The notes under the pieces are model-generated. The model was not told the DNA's origin. It was given only the letters and a program-made list of their open reading frames with translations, and did no database searches. This document shows, piece by piece, positions 23,728-34,378 of a DNA stretch of 64,000 bases (position 1 is its first letter; each line of letters starts with the position of its first letter). The position numbers were made by a program, and so were the translations under genes. Origin of the DNA: a virus. The stretch lies in the IMG/VR virus record IMGVR_UViG_3300000301_000012, positions 1 through 64,000 of that record. One strand, given 5' to 3'.

Positions 23728-24282
23728 ATGATAACTTTTCAAACTATTTGTAACTTAATTGTTCTAATTGGCGCGGCAGTTGTTGCTATTTCTAATATTT
23801 TAAAATTTTTTGGAAAACCAGTAAAACTTTTCAAAAAGAAAAAATAGAAATAGCAAGAAGAATATGAAAAACAAATGAAAGATATATTAGATAAATTAAT
23901 TCCTAATTATCTTATAGACCATGATCATGAAACTAGAAAAAAATATTTAGCTGATAGGTAGCAATATTTAATGGATATAAGTAATGAAGTTTATAATAAA
24001 TTTTAGGGAGAAATAGATAAAATAAAAAGCACAAGCGAAAGTAATGAAAAAGTTATAAAATTATTAAAGAAAAATATGGTAGACGTTTTAAGACAAAAAA
24101 TTGAAAATATCTATTATAGATATAAAGACGAACGAACGCTACCAATTTATGTACATGAAAATTTACAGGAGCTTTATAAAGATTATACCGAAGCAGGCGG
24201 TAATCATTATATTGGTAAATTGTATAATCGTATGTCAACTTGGAAAGTACTTGAAGATGATTATATAGATGAGAATGAATAA
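23728..24282 (+). CDS. membrane-anchored hypothetical protein (4 in-frame TAG)
   Basis: ATG at 23728 follows GAGAGAAAG. The N-terminus has a hydrophobic segment. Four TAG codons precede the track ORF 24076-24282 in the same frame. Confidence 0.6.
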
Positions 24283-24313
24283 GAAGTCAAAATTTGACTT
24301 CTTATTCTTTTTT
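24281..24313 (+). terminator. rho-independent terminator
   Basis: Stem AAGAAGTCAAA/TTTGACTTCTT is followed by ATTCTTTTTT. Confidence 0.6.
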
Positions 24314-24342
24314 GTGTATTCTAAAATAAAGGAGATGAATAA

Positions 24343-25431
24343 ATGTATACCCAATTAGACGATATTCAAAAAGAGATAGTAACCTCTAATGCTAAAAATA
24401 TTTTAGTTATTGCTGGAAGCGGAAGTGGAAAAACAAGAGTTTTGACAGAGAGAATTAAATATCTTTTAGATACACAAGAAAATATTGAAGACATTGTTGC
24501 AATTACTTTTACTAACGCGGCCGCGGATGAAATTAAAGAAAGAATTGGTGAACAAGCTAACAATATTTATATTGGAACTATTCATGGTTATGCTAATCAA
24601 TTACTACTGCGCGCGGGAGTAGATACTAGTAAATTAATTAATGATGAACAATTTGATGAATTATTTGAAGAAATTCAAGACCATCCAGAAGCAATAAGAC
24701 ATATTTCTCATCTTTTAGTGGATGAATTTCAAGATATTGATTCAGACCAATATTTCTTTTTATTTGGTATGTTACAACCAGACAATTTCTTTGTTGTTGG
24801 TGATGATAACCAATGTATTTATAGTTTTAGAGGTAGTGATGTAACTTATTTCTTTGATTTGTATAATGATCCACTTGTAACAGTCTATAAGATGGAAAAC
24901 AACTATCGTACAGGATATAATATTCTTTCATTTGCTACAAAATTTCTAAGAACGCTCCAAAGAAAAATTCCAAAAAAAGTTTGTCCTAAGGTAGATTATG
25001 AAGGTACTGTTAAAAAAGTTCATGATGGTGGAATAGTTTCTCGTGATTTTACTCCTATTGCTGAAGAAATAAAAGAACAAAAAGATTACGGCAAATGGTT
25101 TATTTTAACTAGAACTAATAGTCAATTAGATAAAATAAAAAGTTTTTTAGAAGAAAAAAATATTCCTTGTGACACTTTTAAACGTGGTGACTTAACTACT
25201 TCTGATTTTAATAATAAAATGAGAGAAGATACTGTCAAAGTTTTAACTGCTCATTCTGCAAAAGGACTGGAGAATGACCATGTTGTTGTCTACGGAGTTA
25301 TTCCTAGGAATGATGAAGAAAAGCGATTAGCTTATGTTGCTGCTACAAGAGCTAAAAAAGAACTAATTTGGATTTATACAGACCATTTCTCAAAAAAGAA
25401 AAGAACTGAAAAAGTTTATAATTGGGAATAA
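24343..25431 (+). CDS. UvrD/PcrA-like superfamily 1 helicase
   Basis: Walker A motif AGSGSGKT, DEFQD box, and VLTAHSAKGLE...AATRAK near the C-terminus. Confidence 0.85.
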   Translation: MYTQLDDIQKEIVTSNAKNILVIAGSGSGKTRVLTERIKYLLDTQENIEDIVAITFTNAAADEIKERIGEQANNIYIGTIHGYANQLLLRAGVDTSKLINDEQFDELFEEIQDHPEAIRHISHLLVDEFQDIDSDQYFFLFGMLQPDNFFVVGDDNQCIYSFRGSDVTYFFDLYNDPLVTVYKMENNYRTGYNILSFATKFLRTLQRKIPKKVCPKVDYEGTVKKVHDGGIVSRDFTPIAEEIKEQKDYGKWFILTRTNSQLDKIKSFLEEKNIPCDTFKRGDLTTSDFNNKMREDTVKVLTAHSAKGLENDHVVVYGVIPRNDEEKRLAYVAATRAKKELIWIYTDHFSKKKRTEKVYNWE

Positions 25432-25459
25432 GAGGAATTTGATTTTCCTCTTATTTTTT
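25430..25459 (+). terminator. rho-independent terminator
   Basis: Stem AAGAGGAA/TTCCTCTT is followed by ATTTTTT. Confidence 0.6.
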
Positions 25460-25467
25460 GTTATAAT
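25459..25467 (+). promoter_or_regulatory. extended -10 promoter element (TGTTATAAT)
   Basis: TGnTATAAT lies 30 nt upstream of the topoisomerase start. Confidence 0.4.
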
Positions 25468-25496
25468 AATAATATATATGGAAAGGAGGATAAAGT

Positions 25497-26963
25497 GTGA
25501 GTTATAATGCTGATTCAATAAAAATTAAAGATTTTGCTACAGCGTGTAGAGATACTCCATCTATGTATTTAGGTGATGATAGACAGAACGGAATTTTTAA
25601 TGCGTTTCTTGAAATTCTTAATAATGCTTGTGATGAAGCTATTATGAAACGAGGAAATGTCATTACTGTTGATATGGAAGATGATTGTTTACAAATTGAA
25701 GATAGGGGTCGTGGAGTACCTCATGGAGAGAATGCTGACTGTAAGGAAGTTCTAATTGAACTTTTTACCAAAAGCCATTCTAGTGGTAAATTTGATACAA
25801 ATAACTATAAAAAAGTTCGAGGACTTCATGGCGTTGGTTCTAGCGCTGTTTGTGTTTGTTCTAAGACTTTTGAAGTATGGACAAAACGAGATGGATATAC
25901 TTGGTATTTAAAATTTAATGATGGTATTCCTGAAACGGAAGTTGCTCAACAAGGCGCGCCGACCAATGAGACTGGAACCATTATTAAGTTTTCTCCTAAT
26001 AAAAAAGTCTTCCATCTTAATGAAGATGAAAAATGTTTTGATTACAATAGAATAAGAGAAGAATTAGAATTAACTTCATATTTTATTCCTAATGTTACTT
26101 TTGTATTAAAATATAATGGAAGAACCGAAAGGTTCCTTTCTAAAAACGGATTAAAAGACTTTGCTAAAAGTAGAATTAAAAACCCTCTTCATAAGAATTT
26201 TATTTATGGATATAAAGAATTTGATGATGAAGTTGAAGTTGAGGTTTTTGCACAGTGGACCGCTGGAAAAGAAGAGTCTTACGTCTTTTCTAATGGCGCC
26301 TTAAATGCAGAAGGCGGTACTCCAATAACTGGTGCGAAAACCGCTTTTACGAGAACTATTAACTCTTTGTCCAAGGGTGAGTTTGACGCTGATATGATTA
26401 GAAAGGGATTAGTGTATATTATTAATATTCATCATCCCCATCCTATCTATCAGAATCAGATTAAAAATAAAATTCAAAATCCAGAACTTAGAGGATATAC
26501 CCAAACTGTTTTTAGTGAAGCAATTAAAGATTTTGTTTATAAGAATAAAAATGAATTTGAAAAGATTGTTGAAGTTTTAACTAAAGAAAAGAAAGCAGAA
26601 GCTGCGGCAGAACGAGCTAGACGTCAGGTTCTTGAGGCCACTAAGGATATTGAAAAAAATCAGAGAAAGAAAGTTTTTTCTTCTGATAAGTTAAAGGATG
26701 CAGAATTTTTAGGAGAAGACTCTACACTTTTAATTGTAGAGGGTAATTCTGCGGCAGCTTCAATGGCGGTAGCGAGAGATATTAAGAAATATGGTATTCT
26801 TGGTATTAGAGGCAAACTTTTAAATTGTCTTGCCCATCCAGAAGAAAAGATTTTTCAGAACGAAGAAATTAAACTTCTTCTTAGCGCAATGAATATTAAT
26901 CCAGGAAAGTATGATAGTAAAAAACTTAGATATGGAAAAATCGCAATTTGTGTTGATGCGGAT
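25497..26963 (+). CDS. type II topoisomerase ATPase subunit (GyrB/ParE-like), exon 1
   Basis: GTG start after AAAGGAGGA. The GHKL ATPase and Toprim regions are present (LIVEGNSAA). The exon ends within KIAICVDAD, just before the DG of the conserved DxDxDG motif. Confidence 0.85.
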
Positions 26964-28048
26964 AGAACTTAAAGAACTGTCCAAAAATGCTTTACTCTTA
27001 ACCAAGAGGGTCTACATATAAATGTAAGGATGGATTACATATAAATGTAGGCTAACGGTATCAGTGAAATAAGACTTCTCATTGAAACTATAAAGAGATA
27101 ATGGGATATATCCAAAGACGAATAAGCTGACTAAGAAACCCTAAACCTGAAATATGGTGAGATAAAGGGAATACCGTGGGAATCAGAATTAATCCATTCC
27201 TTCTTATTAAAAAGGAGGAATTAAAATGATAGGTATTTATAAAATAACCAAAAAAGAAAATGGCAAATCTTATATAGGACAATCTAACAATATAGAACGA
27301 AGATTTAAAGAACATCGACATAAGACAGATATTCCTATTGAATTAGCAATTCAAAAATATGGAGTAGATGCTTTTGAATACAAAATAATTGAGGAATGTT
27401 CTTTAGATGAGTTAGATGAAAAAGAAAAGTATTGGATAGCATATTATAATACATATAAAGGTTTCGGTTATAATTGTAATGAAGGCGGTGGAAATAACAG
27501 ATGTGAAAATAACGGAAGAACTAAATTAACTAATGAAGAAGTTAGTTATATTAGAGAATGTTATGATTTACATATGCGCCGACGTGAAGTATATAAAAAG
27601 TTTAAAGATAAAATTTCTTTTGGTGCTTTTGCTAGTATTTGGGATGGCTCTACTTGGAAAGAAATTAAGCCAGAAGTATATACCGAAGATAATAAGAAAT
27701 ATTATATGTATGAAGCTACCAATGGCGGAAAATCAGAAAGCGCTTGTTTAACAGATGAAGAAGTTATGAAATGTAGAACACGCTATATGAAAGAAACCGC
27801 AAAACAAATATATGAAGATTATAAAGAAAAAATAACTTATCAAGCTTTTCAAGCTATGTTATGGGGAAGAAGCTATAAAAATTTACCCATATATAGCAAA
27901 AAGAAAAAGGAATGGATTAATAAATGAAGCCTGTAACGACTATCTCCGTGAAGGAGAGTACAATTACTATTGGTACGTGATTGGAAAGAGCATTCTCATT
28001 TAATGAGTAAAATATAGTCTAAGCCATTTGAAAAAATGGAACATCTTG
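26964..28048 (+). mobile_element. group I intron with GIY-YIG ORF in the topoisomerase gene
   Basis: The 5' splice site follows U (gat|a) and the 3' splice site follows G (cttg|agt). Splicing restores in-frame ...VDAD-SDGYHIG.... Core elements are GCTAACGGTAT...ATACCGTGGGAA and TGTAACGACTATC, both shared with the dnaE intron. Confidence 0.7.
27226..27927 (+). CDS. GIY-YIG homing endonuclease
   Basis: The translation begins MIGIYKITKKENGKSYIGQSNNIERRFKEH. AAGGAGGA lies before the ATG. Confidence 0.85.
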   Translation: MIGIYKITKKENGKSYIGQSNNIERRFKEHRHKTDIPIELAIQKYGVDAFEYKIIEECSLDELDEKEKYWIAYYNTYKGFGYNCNEGGGNNRCENNGRTKLTNEEVSYIRECYDLHMRRREVYKKFKDKISFGAFASIWDGSTWKEIKPEVYTEDNKKYYMYEATNGGKSESACLTDEEVMKCRTRYMKETAKQIYEDYKEKITYQAFQAMLWGRSYKNLPIYSKKKKEWINK

Positions 28049-28432
28049 AGTGATGGTTATCATATTGGACTTTTAATTATGGCTGCACTTCGCTATTTGG
28101 CTCCAAAATTTTTAGAAGAAGGTAGACTATGCTGGCTTCGTTCTCCGCTTTATATTGTAAAAAATGGGAAATTAGAAAGTTATTATTTTTCAGATGAAGA
28201 ATTTGAACGGGCTAGAGGAAAAAGAGGCGCGACTGTAACACGAGCAAAAGGTTTGGGTGCATTATCAGAAGAACAAGCGAGAAATTCTATGTTTGGAGAA
28301 AGTCAAAGAATGGATATCATTGAACCTACTCCAGAAGCTATTGCGCTGCTTGAAGATTTAATGGGGGTAGATGTTGAACCGAGAAGAGAATTTATCTTTG
28401 AAAATGTTGATTTTTCGGAGGTTAAAGAGTAA
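28049..28432 (+). CDS. type II topoisomerase ATPase subunit, exon 2
   Basis: The translation SDGYHIGLLIMAALRYLAP...LYIV...KGLG continues the GyrB/ParE C-terminal region, in frame with exon 1. Confidence 0.8.
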   Translation, partial: SDGYHIGLLIMAALRYLAPKFLEEGRLCWLRSPLYIVKNGKLESYYFSDEEFERARGKRGATVTRAKGLGALSEEQARNSMFGESQRMDIIEPTPEAIALLEDLMGVDVEPRREFIFENVDFSEVKE

Positions 28433-28444
28433 AAAGAGGTATAT

Positions 28445-28912
28445 ATGACTGAAATAGAATTTATAAAAGAAAGATTAAAAAAATCGGATTTTCCTAATAT
28501 TTCTTTTGAAAATACACGTATAGAATATACAAATTATATTTTAAAAAGGATGTTTAAAGAACAATATTTAGATAATTTAAGGTATAGAATCGAAACAAAA
28601 AAATTTAGTTTTGATGTAATTCTTGAATATAATCCTAATATACAATTTGATTATTTTACATATCAAAGAGTTCGACACGATGGAACATTACTTTTTGAAT
28701 TTAATGCTATAATTGAGTGTATTAAAAAAGTAATATTAGCTGAAACTTATAATATAAAAATAGGTGAGCCTTATGAAAATTGTACTATTAAATATACTAT
28801 TGGTAATCTTTTAATCTGTAATGAATATGGAGAACAATTTGCTACTAAAGAAAAACCATGGATGCAACAATGTACTACAGTTTTTCTTCCAGTAAAATAT
28901 GAAATTATTTAA
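28445..28912 (+). CDS. hypothetical protein
   Basis: 155-aa ORF preceded by AAGAGG. Confidence 0.6.
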   Translation: MTEIEFIKERLKKSDFPNISFENTRIEYTNYILKRMFKEQYLDNLRYRIETKKFSFDVILEYNPNIQFDYFTYQRVRHDGTLLFEFNAIIECIKKVILAETYNIKIGEPYENCTIKYTIGNLLICNEYGEQFATKEKPWMQQCTTVFLPVKYEII

Positions 28913-28972
28913 AATTTGGAAATAAAATAAAATAGATATATTATAAATATATAAAACAAAAGGAGGAAAAGA

Positions 28973-31321
28973 ATGGAATTAACCCCAATAATTAAAGAAT
29001 CTTTTTCTCAATATGCTGGTGCAGTTCTTCAAAGTCGTGCGCTAGTTGATGTAAGAGACTGCTTAAAACCTTCTGCAAGACAAATTTTTTACTGTTTATA
29101 TACAGATAAATTTATCCATTCAAAACCTTTTAAGAAAACACTAAAGGGTATTGGTTCAGCTATGCGTATGTATATCCATGGAGATAGTTCTTGTGAGGGC
29201 GTTATTATGCGCGCAGGACAACCATTTGCAATGCGTTATCCTCTTGTAGAAGTTGAAGGTTCATATGGAAACTTAATGGAGAGTGGAAACTGGGCTGCAC
29301 CTCGTTATACGGCTTCTCGTCTTTCTGATATTTCTAATTATCTTTTTGAAGATATTGCGAAAGATACTATTAATGAATGGCGAGATAATTATGACGATAC
29401 AGAGCAATATCCAGCTGTATTGCCTTCTAAGGGTTTTTATAATATCGTTAATGGAACAATGGGTATTGGAATTGGAATGAGCAGTTCTATTCCTCAATTT
29501 AATCTAAGAGAAGTAAATGAAGCACTAATTAAACTTCTTTGGAATTCTGATTGTAGTTTTGAAGATATTTATTGCGCGCCAGATTTTTCAACTGGAAGCA
29601 TTCTTCTTAACGAAGAAGAAGTAAAAGAAAGTCTAAAGAATGGAAACGGTAAGTCTTGTAAACTTCGTTCCGTAATTAGTTACGATAACACAGAAAGATG
29701 TTTAATTGTAACTGAGATTCCATATAGTGTATATACTAATACCATTTGTGGAGAACTAGAAAAGATTCTTGAATCAGAAGAAAATCCAGGAATAGATAGA
29801 TTTAATGACTTGACTGGCTCTACTCCGTTAATTAAAATTTATCTATCTCGTAGAACCAATCCAGACAAAGTTTTAAAATATCTATATAAGAATACTTCTC
29901 TCCAGTATTATTATGGAATAAATATGACTATGCTTGAAAATGGTCGTTATCCTAAAGTCTTTACTTGGAAAGAAGCTCTTCAGTCCTATCTAAATCATGA
30001 GATATCTGTATATAGACAGGGTTTTATTTTTGATTTAAATAAAATTAAGAATAGACTTCATATTATTGAAGGATTGTTAAAAGCCATTAATAATATTGAT
30101 GAAGTTATTCGTCTTATTAAAGAGGCAGCAGATTCTAAAAATGCTTCATTAGCTTTACAAAAATTTCTAGGAATTACTGAAATTCAAGCTAAAGCAATTT
30201 TAGATATTAAACTCGCGCGCCTGGCTCGTTTAGAAGTTGATAAACTTATTAATGAACAAAAAGAGCTAGAAGCTGAAAAAGATAGAATCACTTCTATTTT
30301 AATGAACGAAGATTTATTAAAGAAAGAAATTGAAAAAGGTTTGATTGAGGTTGCTAATAAATTTGGCGATGAAAGAAGAACTAAAATTCTTAATGTTGAA
30401 GCAGAAGAGGATGAACCTAAAGAGGTTAAATCTTTAAGTGTAAATTTAACTAATAATAATAATGTTTATATTAACGAAATTTCTTCTCTTTATACCCAGA
30501 GAAAAGGTGGAGTTGGTGTAAAATTTAAATTAGATAATGGAGAATTTATTCTTAATTCTTTTTCTGCACAAACTATTGATACTATTTTATTTTTTACTAA
30601 TTATGGCAATTTCTATAGTTGTAATATTAGTATTTTACCTGTAGATGAAAAAGTGTATATTAATAACTTTGTAAATCTTCGTGAAAATGAAAGAATAGTC
30701 GCAGCTATTTCAATTAATAAAAATAATAACGTTCATAATTTGACTTTTATTACAAAATGTGGTATGATTAAAAAGTCTTCAATAGAAGAATATAATATTA
30801 AAAGACAAGTTGGTGTTAAAGCATTAAACCTCAATGAAGGAGATGAGCTTTGTGATGTTTTAACTACTGATAGTGAAAAAATTGGTATTCTTACTAATTT
30901 AGGACAATTTCTTATGTTTGTACCTAGAGATATTAGTGAAACTGGAAGAGTAACAAAAGGCGTAAAAGCTATCAAACTAAATGATGGAGATTATGTAGTC
31001 AGCGCGCGAGTAGTGCCAAAAACTACGAAAGAAATCATTAGTATTACTCATAAAGGATTATCTAAAAGGTCTAACATAAAAGATTTTTCTATTGGTAGTA
31101 GATATACTAAAGGACAGAAGATTCAAAAATTAAAAGATTCAAAAGATAACTTAGTTGATTTTTTGCCTATTGAAGAAAATTGTAGTATAATTGTAGTATC
31201 AAATAAAACTCAATTAAAGATTGCTACAGATTCTATTAATCTTTTAAGTAAAGATACTTACGGCGCGAAGTCTATAAAAATGGATGAAAAAAATTCAGTC
31301 GTAAAACTTTTAAAATGCTAA
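28973..31321 (+). CDS. type II topoisomerase cleavage subunit (GyrA/ParC-like)
   Basis: 782 aa. The active-site region AAPRYTASRL corresponds to the AAxRYTExR motif. Confidence 0.85.
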   Translation: MELTPIIKESFSQYAGAVLQSRALVDVRDCLKPSARQIFYCLYTDKFIHSKPFKKTLKGIGSAMRMYIHGDSSCEGVIMRAGQPFAMRYPLVEVEGSYGNLMESGNWAAPRYTASRLSDISNYLFEDIAKDTINEWRDNYDDTEQYPAVLPSKGFYNIVNGTMGIGIGMSSSIPQFNLREVNEALIKLLWNSDCSFEDIYCAPDFSTGSILLNEEEVKESLKNGNGKSCKLRSVISYDNTERCLIVTEIPYSVYTNTICGELEKILESEENPGIDRFNDLTGSTPLIKIYLSRRTNPDKVLKYLYKNTSLQYYYGINMTMLENGRYPKVFTWKEALQSYLNHEISVYRQGFIFDLNKIKNRLHIIEGLLKAINNIDEVIRLIKEAADSKNASLALQKFLGITEIQAKAILDIKLARLARLEVDKLINEQKELEAEKDRITSILMNEDLLKKEIEKGLIEVANKFGDERRTKILNVEAEEDEPKEVKSLSVNLTNNNNVYINEISSLYTQRKGGVGVKFKLDNGEFILNSFSAQTIDTILFFTNYGNFYSCNISILPVDEKVYINNFVNLRENERIVAAISINKNNNVHNLTFITKCGMIKKSSIEEYNIKRQVGVKALNLNEGDELCDVLTTDSEKIGILTNLGQFLMFVPRDISETGRVTKGVKAIKLNDGDYVVSARVVPKTTKEIISITHKGLSKRSNIKDFSIGSRYTKGQKIQKLKDSKDNLVDFLPIEENCSIIVVSNKTQLKIATDSINLLSKDTYGAKSIKMDEKNSVVKLLKC

Positions 31322-31339
31322 AAAATATCATCTCAAAAT

Positions 31340-31368
31340 TTGAAAAAAATAGAAAACGATGATATAAT
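31340..31368 (+). promoter_or_regulatory. sigma70-type promoter (TTGAAA - 17 nt - TGATATAAT)
   Basis: A -35 element at 31340-31345 and an extended -10 at 31360-31368 lie upstream of 31457. Confidence 0.5.
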
Positions 31369-31456
31369 ATTTACAGAAAGTTAAGAGAGAAGAAAATAAA
31401 CTTTCTGGCAAAAGCCAAATAAATAAAATTTTAAATTAAAAAGGAGTTAATTAATT

Positions 31457-31711
31457 ATGAAGCTAACTGAAATGTCTAACGCTGTTTTTACTTATGTTAA
31501 GGAGAATAATGGTCGTGTAAGTGTTCCCGAGCTTTGCGATGCTTTGGGCCGTACCCCTCGTTCTGTAAATGCTAATGTAACTGACCTTAGTAAGAAGGGT
31601 CTTGTAACTCGTGAGAAGGTTCCTGGCGAGGGCGAAGACGCTAAGGATATTACTTATGTAGTTATTACTGATGAAGGCCGTACCTTTGTTCCTTCTGACG
31701 ACGAAGAGTAA
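31457..31711 (+). CDS. small winged-helix DNA-binding protein
   Basis: 84 aa. Codon usage is noticeably GC-richer than in neighbouring genes. The C-terminal tail is acidic. Confidence 0.6.
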   Translation: MKLTEMSNAVFTYVKENNGRVSVPELCDALGRTPRSVNANVTDLSKKGLVTREKVPGEGEDAKDITYVVITDEGRTFVPSDDEE

Positions 31712-31735
31712 TTAATTAGTTAATATTATATTAAT

Positions 31736-31767
31736 GGTTATGAGTTCTACTCATAACCTTTATATTT
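31736..31767 (+). terminator. rho-independent terminator
   Basis: Stem GGTTATGAG/CTCATAACC is followed by TTTATATTT. Confidence 0.6.
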
Positions 31768-31810
31768 ATCAAAAAGAACCAAAAATATTATATAAATGAG
31801 GTATTATTAA

Positions 31811-32722
31811 ATGTTGAGACAAGCAGAAAATAGAGTAAAGATTGAAGGAATTTTGAGTGAAATTGATTTGAAGAATGGTTCTTTCAAAAAGAATGGCGTA
31901 GAAATGGAATCTATTGGCGGTATTATTAAGGTAAAGGTAGACTAGACAATTAATGACGAAGCTAAAGCTTTGGAAATTCCTATTCATATGTTTGCTAGTA
32001 AACTAACAACTAAGGGTACTATTAATCCCGCTTATGAGAATATTGAAAGGATTATGAACTCTTATACTAGCATCGCGGCCGCGGGCAGTGAAGACTTGGC
32101 TGATAGAATTAGAATTTCTAATGGTCAGATTCAGATGAATGAGTATTACAATAATAACAAGCAACTAGTTTCATTCCCAAGAATTACTGCTTCTTTTGTT
32201 ACTAAGGTAAAGAAAGAGGAATTTGAACCTTGCGCAGAGTTTGGTGTTACTTTCTACGTTATTTCTAAAGGTTATGAGTTGGATGAAGATGGTATTGAAA
32301 CTAAGAAGTATAAGGTAACGGCTGCGCTTCCTCAGTATGGCGGAAAGGTAGATGTTATTCCTTTCTTTAGTGCTAATGAAAATGTAACTAGTGGTATTTC
32401 TTCTTTCTGGAATGAAGGAGATACTGTTGTAGCCAATGGTCGTTTGAATTTTTCTTCTACGGTTGAGAAAATTGCTAGAAAGGTAGACTTCGGTGAAGCA
32501 CAGTATGATACTCGTACAGTTTCTGTAAGTGAACTTCTGATTACTGGTGGTACCCAAGTCCCTCTTGATGGAGATGCAGCTTATGAGGAAGCTGATATTA
32601 GAGAGGCTTTGGTCGAAAGAAAGAATAGACTTGAAAATCAGAAGGAAAGAGATATTGAGCGTAGAGCTACTAAGACTTCCACTCCTAGCGCTACAGGAGG
32701 TCTTAGCGACCTAGGTTTCTAA
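31811..32722 (+). CDS. single-stranded-DNA-binding-like protein (1 in-frame TAG)
   Basis: ATG at 31811, with TAG at 31943-31945 in frame with track ORF 31970-32722. The acidic C-terminal tail ends in DLGF. Confidence 0.6.
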
Positions 32723-32739
32723 TTGGAGGTAGATAATAT

Positions 32740-33708
32740 ATGGCTATTGATATTTTAAATATTGAACCTACCACAATTAGTAGAGATTTAAAAGGTAAGT
32801 ATATTTGTATTTATGGGCCGGCTAAGGTGGGTAAAACAACATTCGCTTCGCGCGCCCCGAAAAACCTATTGCTTGCTTTTGAAAAAGGATATAATGGTTT
32901 AGCTGGGGTTAAAGCAGTTGATATAAATAAATGGAGCGATTTAAAACTCGTTCTTAAACAGCTTGAAAGAAAAGAAGCCCAGGAAATGTATGATACAGTT
33001 ACTATTGATACTGTTGGTTTAATGTGGCAAATGTGTGAAGATTATATTTGTGTTGCCAATGGAGTTCAAAGTATTTCTGATATTGCCTGGGGTAAAGGAT
33101 ATGCTCTTTGTAAAAAGGAATTTGATTCTACTTTGAGAAAAATTACTAAACTTGGTTATGGTTTAATTATTATTGCTCATGTAGAAAAAAGAGTTGAGAA
33201 GATTGATGATGATAATTCTATTGAAATCTTTTCTCCTAATATTCCTAAGAGAGCATACGATATTGTAAATCAGCTTGTTGATATTATTGGTTTTATCAAT
33301 GTTGAATATGATAAAGAAGGAATTGGACATAGATATTTATATACTAGGTCTAACCCAACTTTCTTAGCGGGAAGTCGATTCCCTCATTTGCCACAAAAAA
33401 TTCCATTTGGTTATACTGAATTAAGTGAAGCACTTAGTAAAGCTATTGAACAAAGTGGAATTGAAGATGGCGCTACAATTGTAGATAAAGATAAGCCAGA
33501 AGAAATAGATGAAAGAACTTTTAATGAAGTAAGAAAAGAGGCAGAAGAAATTTGGACTTCTCTTATTAAAAAGAGTCCTGATAATGCTAAGAAGATAATG
33601 GAATTGGTAGAAGAAGTTTTTGGACACCAAATGAAATTATCTGAAATTACTGAAAGTCAAGTAGATTTATTTAAATTGCTAGTTGATGAAATGAAAGCGT
33701 TAGTGTAA
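32740..33708 (+). CDS. RecA-fold ATPase, Sak4-like (AAA_24 type)
   Basis: Walker A motif IYGPAKVGKTT with the hydrophobic strand LIIIAHV. Confidence 0.75.
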   Translation: MAIDILNIEPTTISRDLKGKYICIYGPAKVGKTTFASRAPKNLLLAFEKGYNGLAGVKAVDINKWSDLKLVLKQLERKEAQEMYDTVTIDTVGLMWQMCEDYICVANGVQSISDIAWGKGYALCKKEFDSTLRKITKLGYGLIIIAHVEKRVEKIDDDNSIEIFSPNIPKRAYDIVNQLVDIIGFINVEYDKEGIGHRYLYTRSNPTFLAGSRFPHLPQKIPFGYTELSEALSKAIEQSGIEDGATIVDKDKPEEIDERTFNEVRKEAEEIWTSLIKKSPDNAKKIMELVEEVFGHQMKLSEITESQVDLFKLLVDEMKALV

Positions 33709-33726
33709 ATAATATAGGTAGAGATA

Positions 33727-33758
33727 GGGATGAATCGTGTAGGTTCATCCCTATTTTG
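33727..33758 (+). terminator. rho-independent terminator
   Basis: Stem AGGGATGAA/TTCATCCCT is followed by ATTTT. Confidence 0.65.
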
Positions 33759-33762
33759 AATT

Positions 33763-33790
33763 TGACTTCTAAATAAAAAAATGTTATAAT
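33763..33790 (+). promoter_or_regulatory. sigma70-type promoter (TTGACT - 16 nt - TGTTATAAT)
   Basis: A -35 element at 33763-33768 and an extended -10 at 33782-33790. Confidence 0.5.
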
Positions 33791-33811
33791 ATTATTAAGG
33801 AGTTGAATAAT

Positions 33812-34378
33812 ATGGCGCGACTTGGAATAGTACATTGTAGAGTTTGTAAAAAACCTATTGATAGAAATAAATTAACGGAAAATATAGATTGGGTAATGCC
33901 ATCAAAAAATTGGTTTTATCATACAGATTGTTATAAAACCTGGTGCGAAGGAAAGAGTAATTATAAAGATATTACTAAAAAAGAAACTCAAGAAGAATAT
34001 TTAGAAAATATAAAATATTACCTTTATAAAGATTTAAAAATTAATGTAAATTTTTCTAAGCTAACTCAACAAATTCAAACTTTCTTAAAAAGAGGGTATA
34101 CTTTAAAAGGAATATTATTTACATTAATTTATTTTTATGATATTCAAAAGGGAAGTATTGATAAAAGCCAAGGCGGTATTGGTATTGTTCCTTATGTTTA
34201 TGAAGATGCTAAACAATACTGGATTGAACAAACAACCAAACAATATGATATTTTAAATATAATTGAAAAACAAATTGAACAACGTAGAGCGCGCGATACT
34301 ATTACCATTAAAAAGAAAGATAAAACTAAAAAAATAGTAAGTCACTTGGAAGAAATAGGTGAGTTAGAAGATGAATGA
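33812..34378 (+). CDS. hypothetical replication-module protein with N-terminal zinc ribbon
   Basis: ATG follows AAGGAG. The translation has CRVCKK...HTDC. It lies immediately upstream of the helicase and overlaps it. Confidence 0.6.
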   Translation: MARLGIVHCRVCKKPIDRNKLTENIDWVMPSKNWFYHTDCYKTWCEGKSNYKDITKKETQEEYLENIKYYLYKDLKINVNFSKLTQQIQTFLKRGYTLKGILFTLIYFYDIQKGSIDKSQGGIGIVPYVYEDAKQYWIEQTTKQYDILNIIEKQIEQRRARDTITIKKKDKTKKIVSHLEEIGELEDE

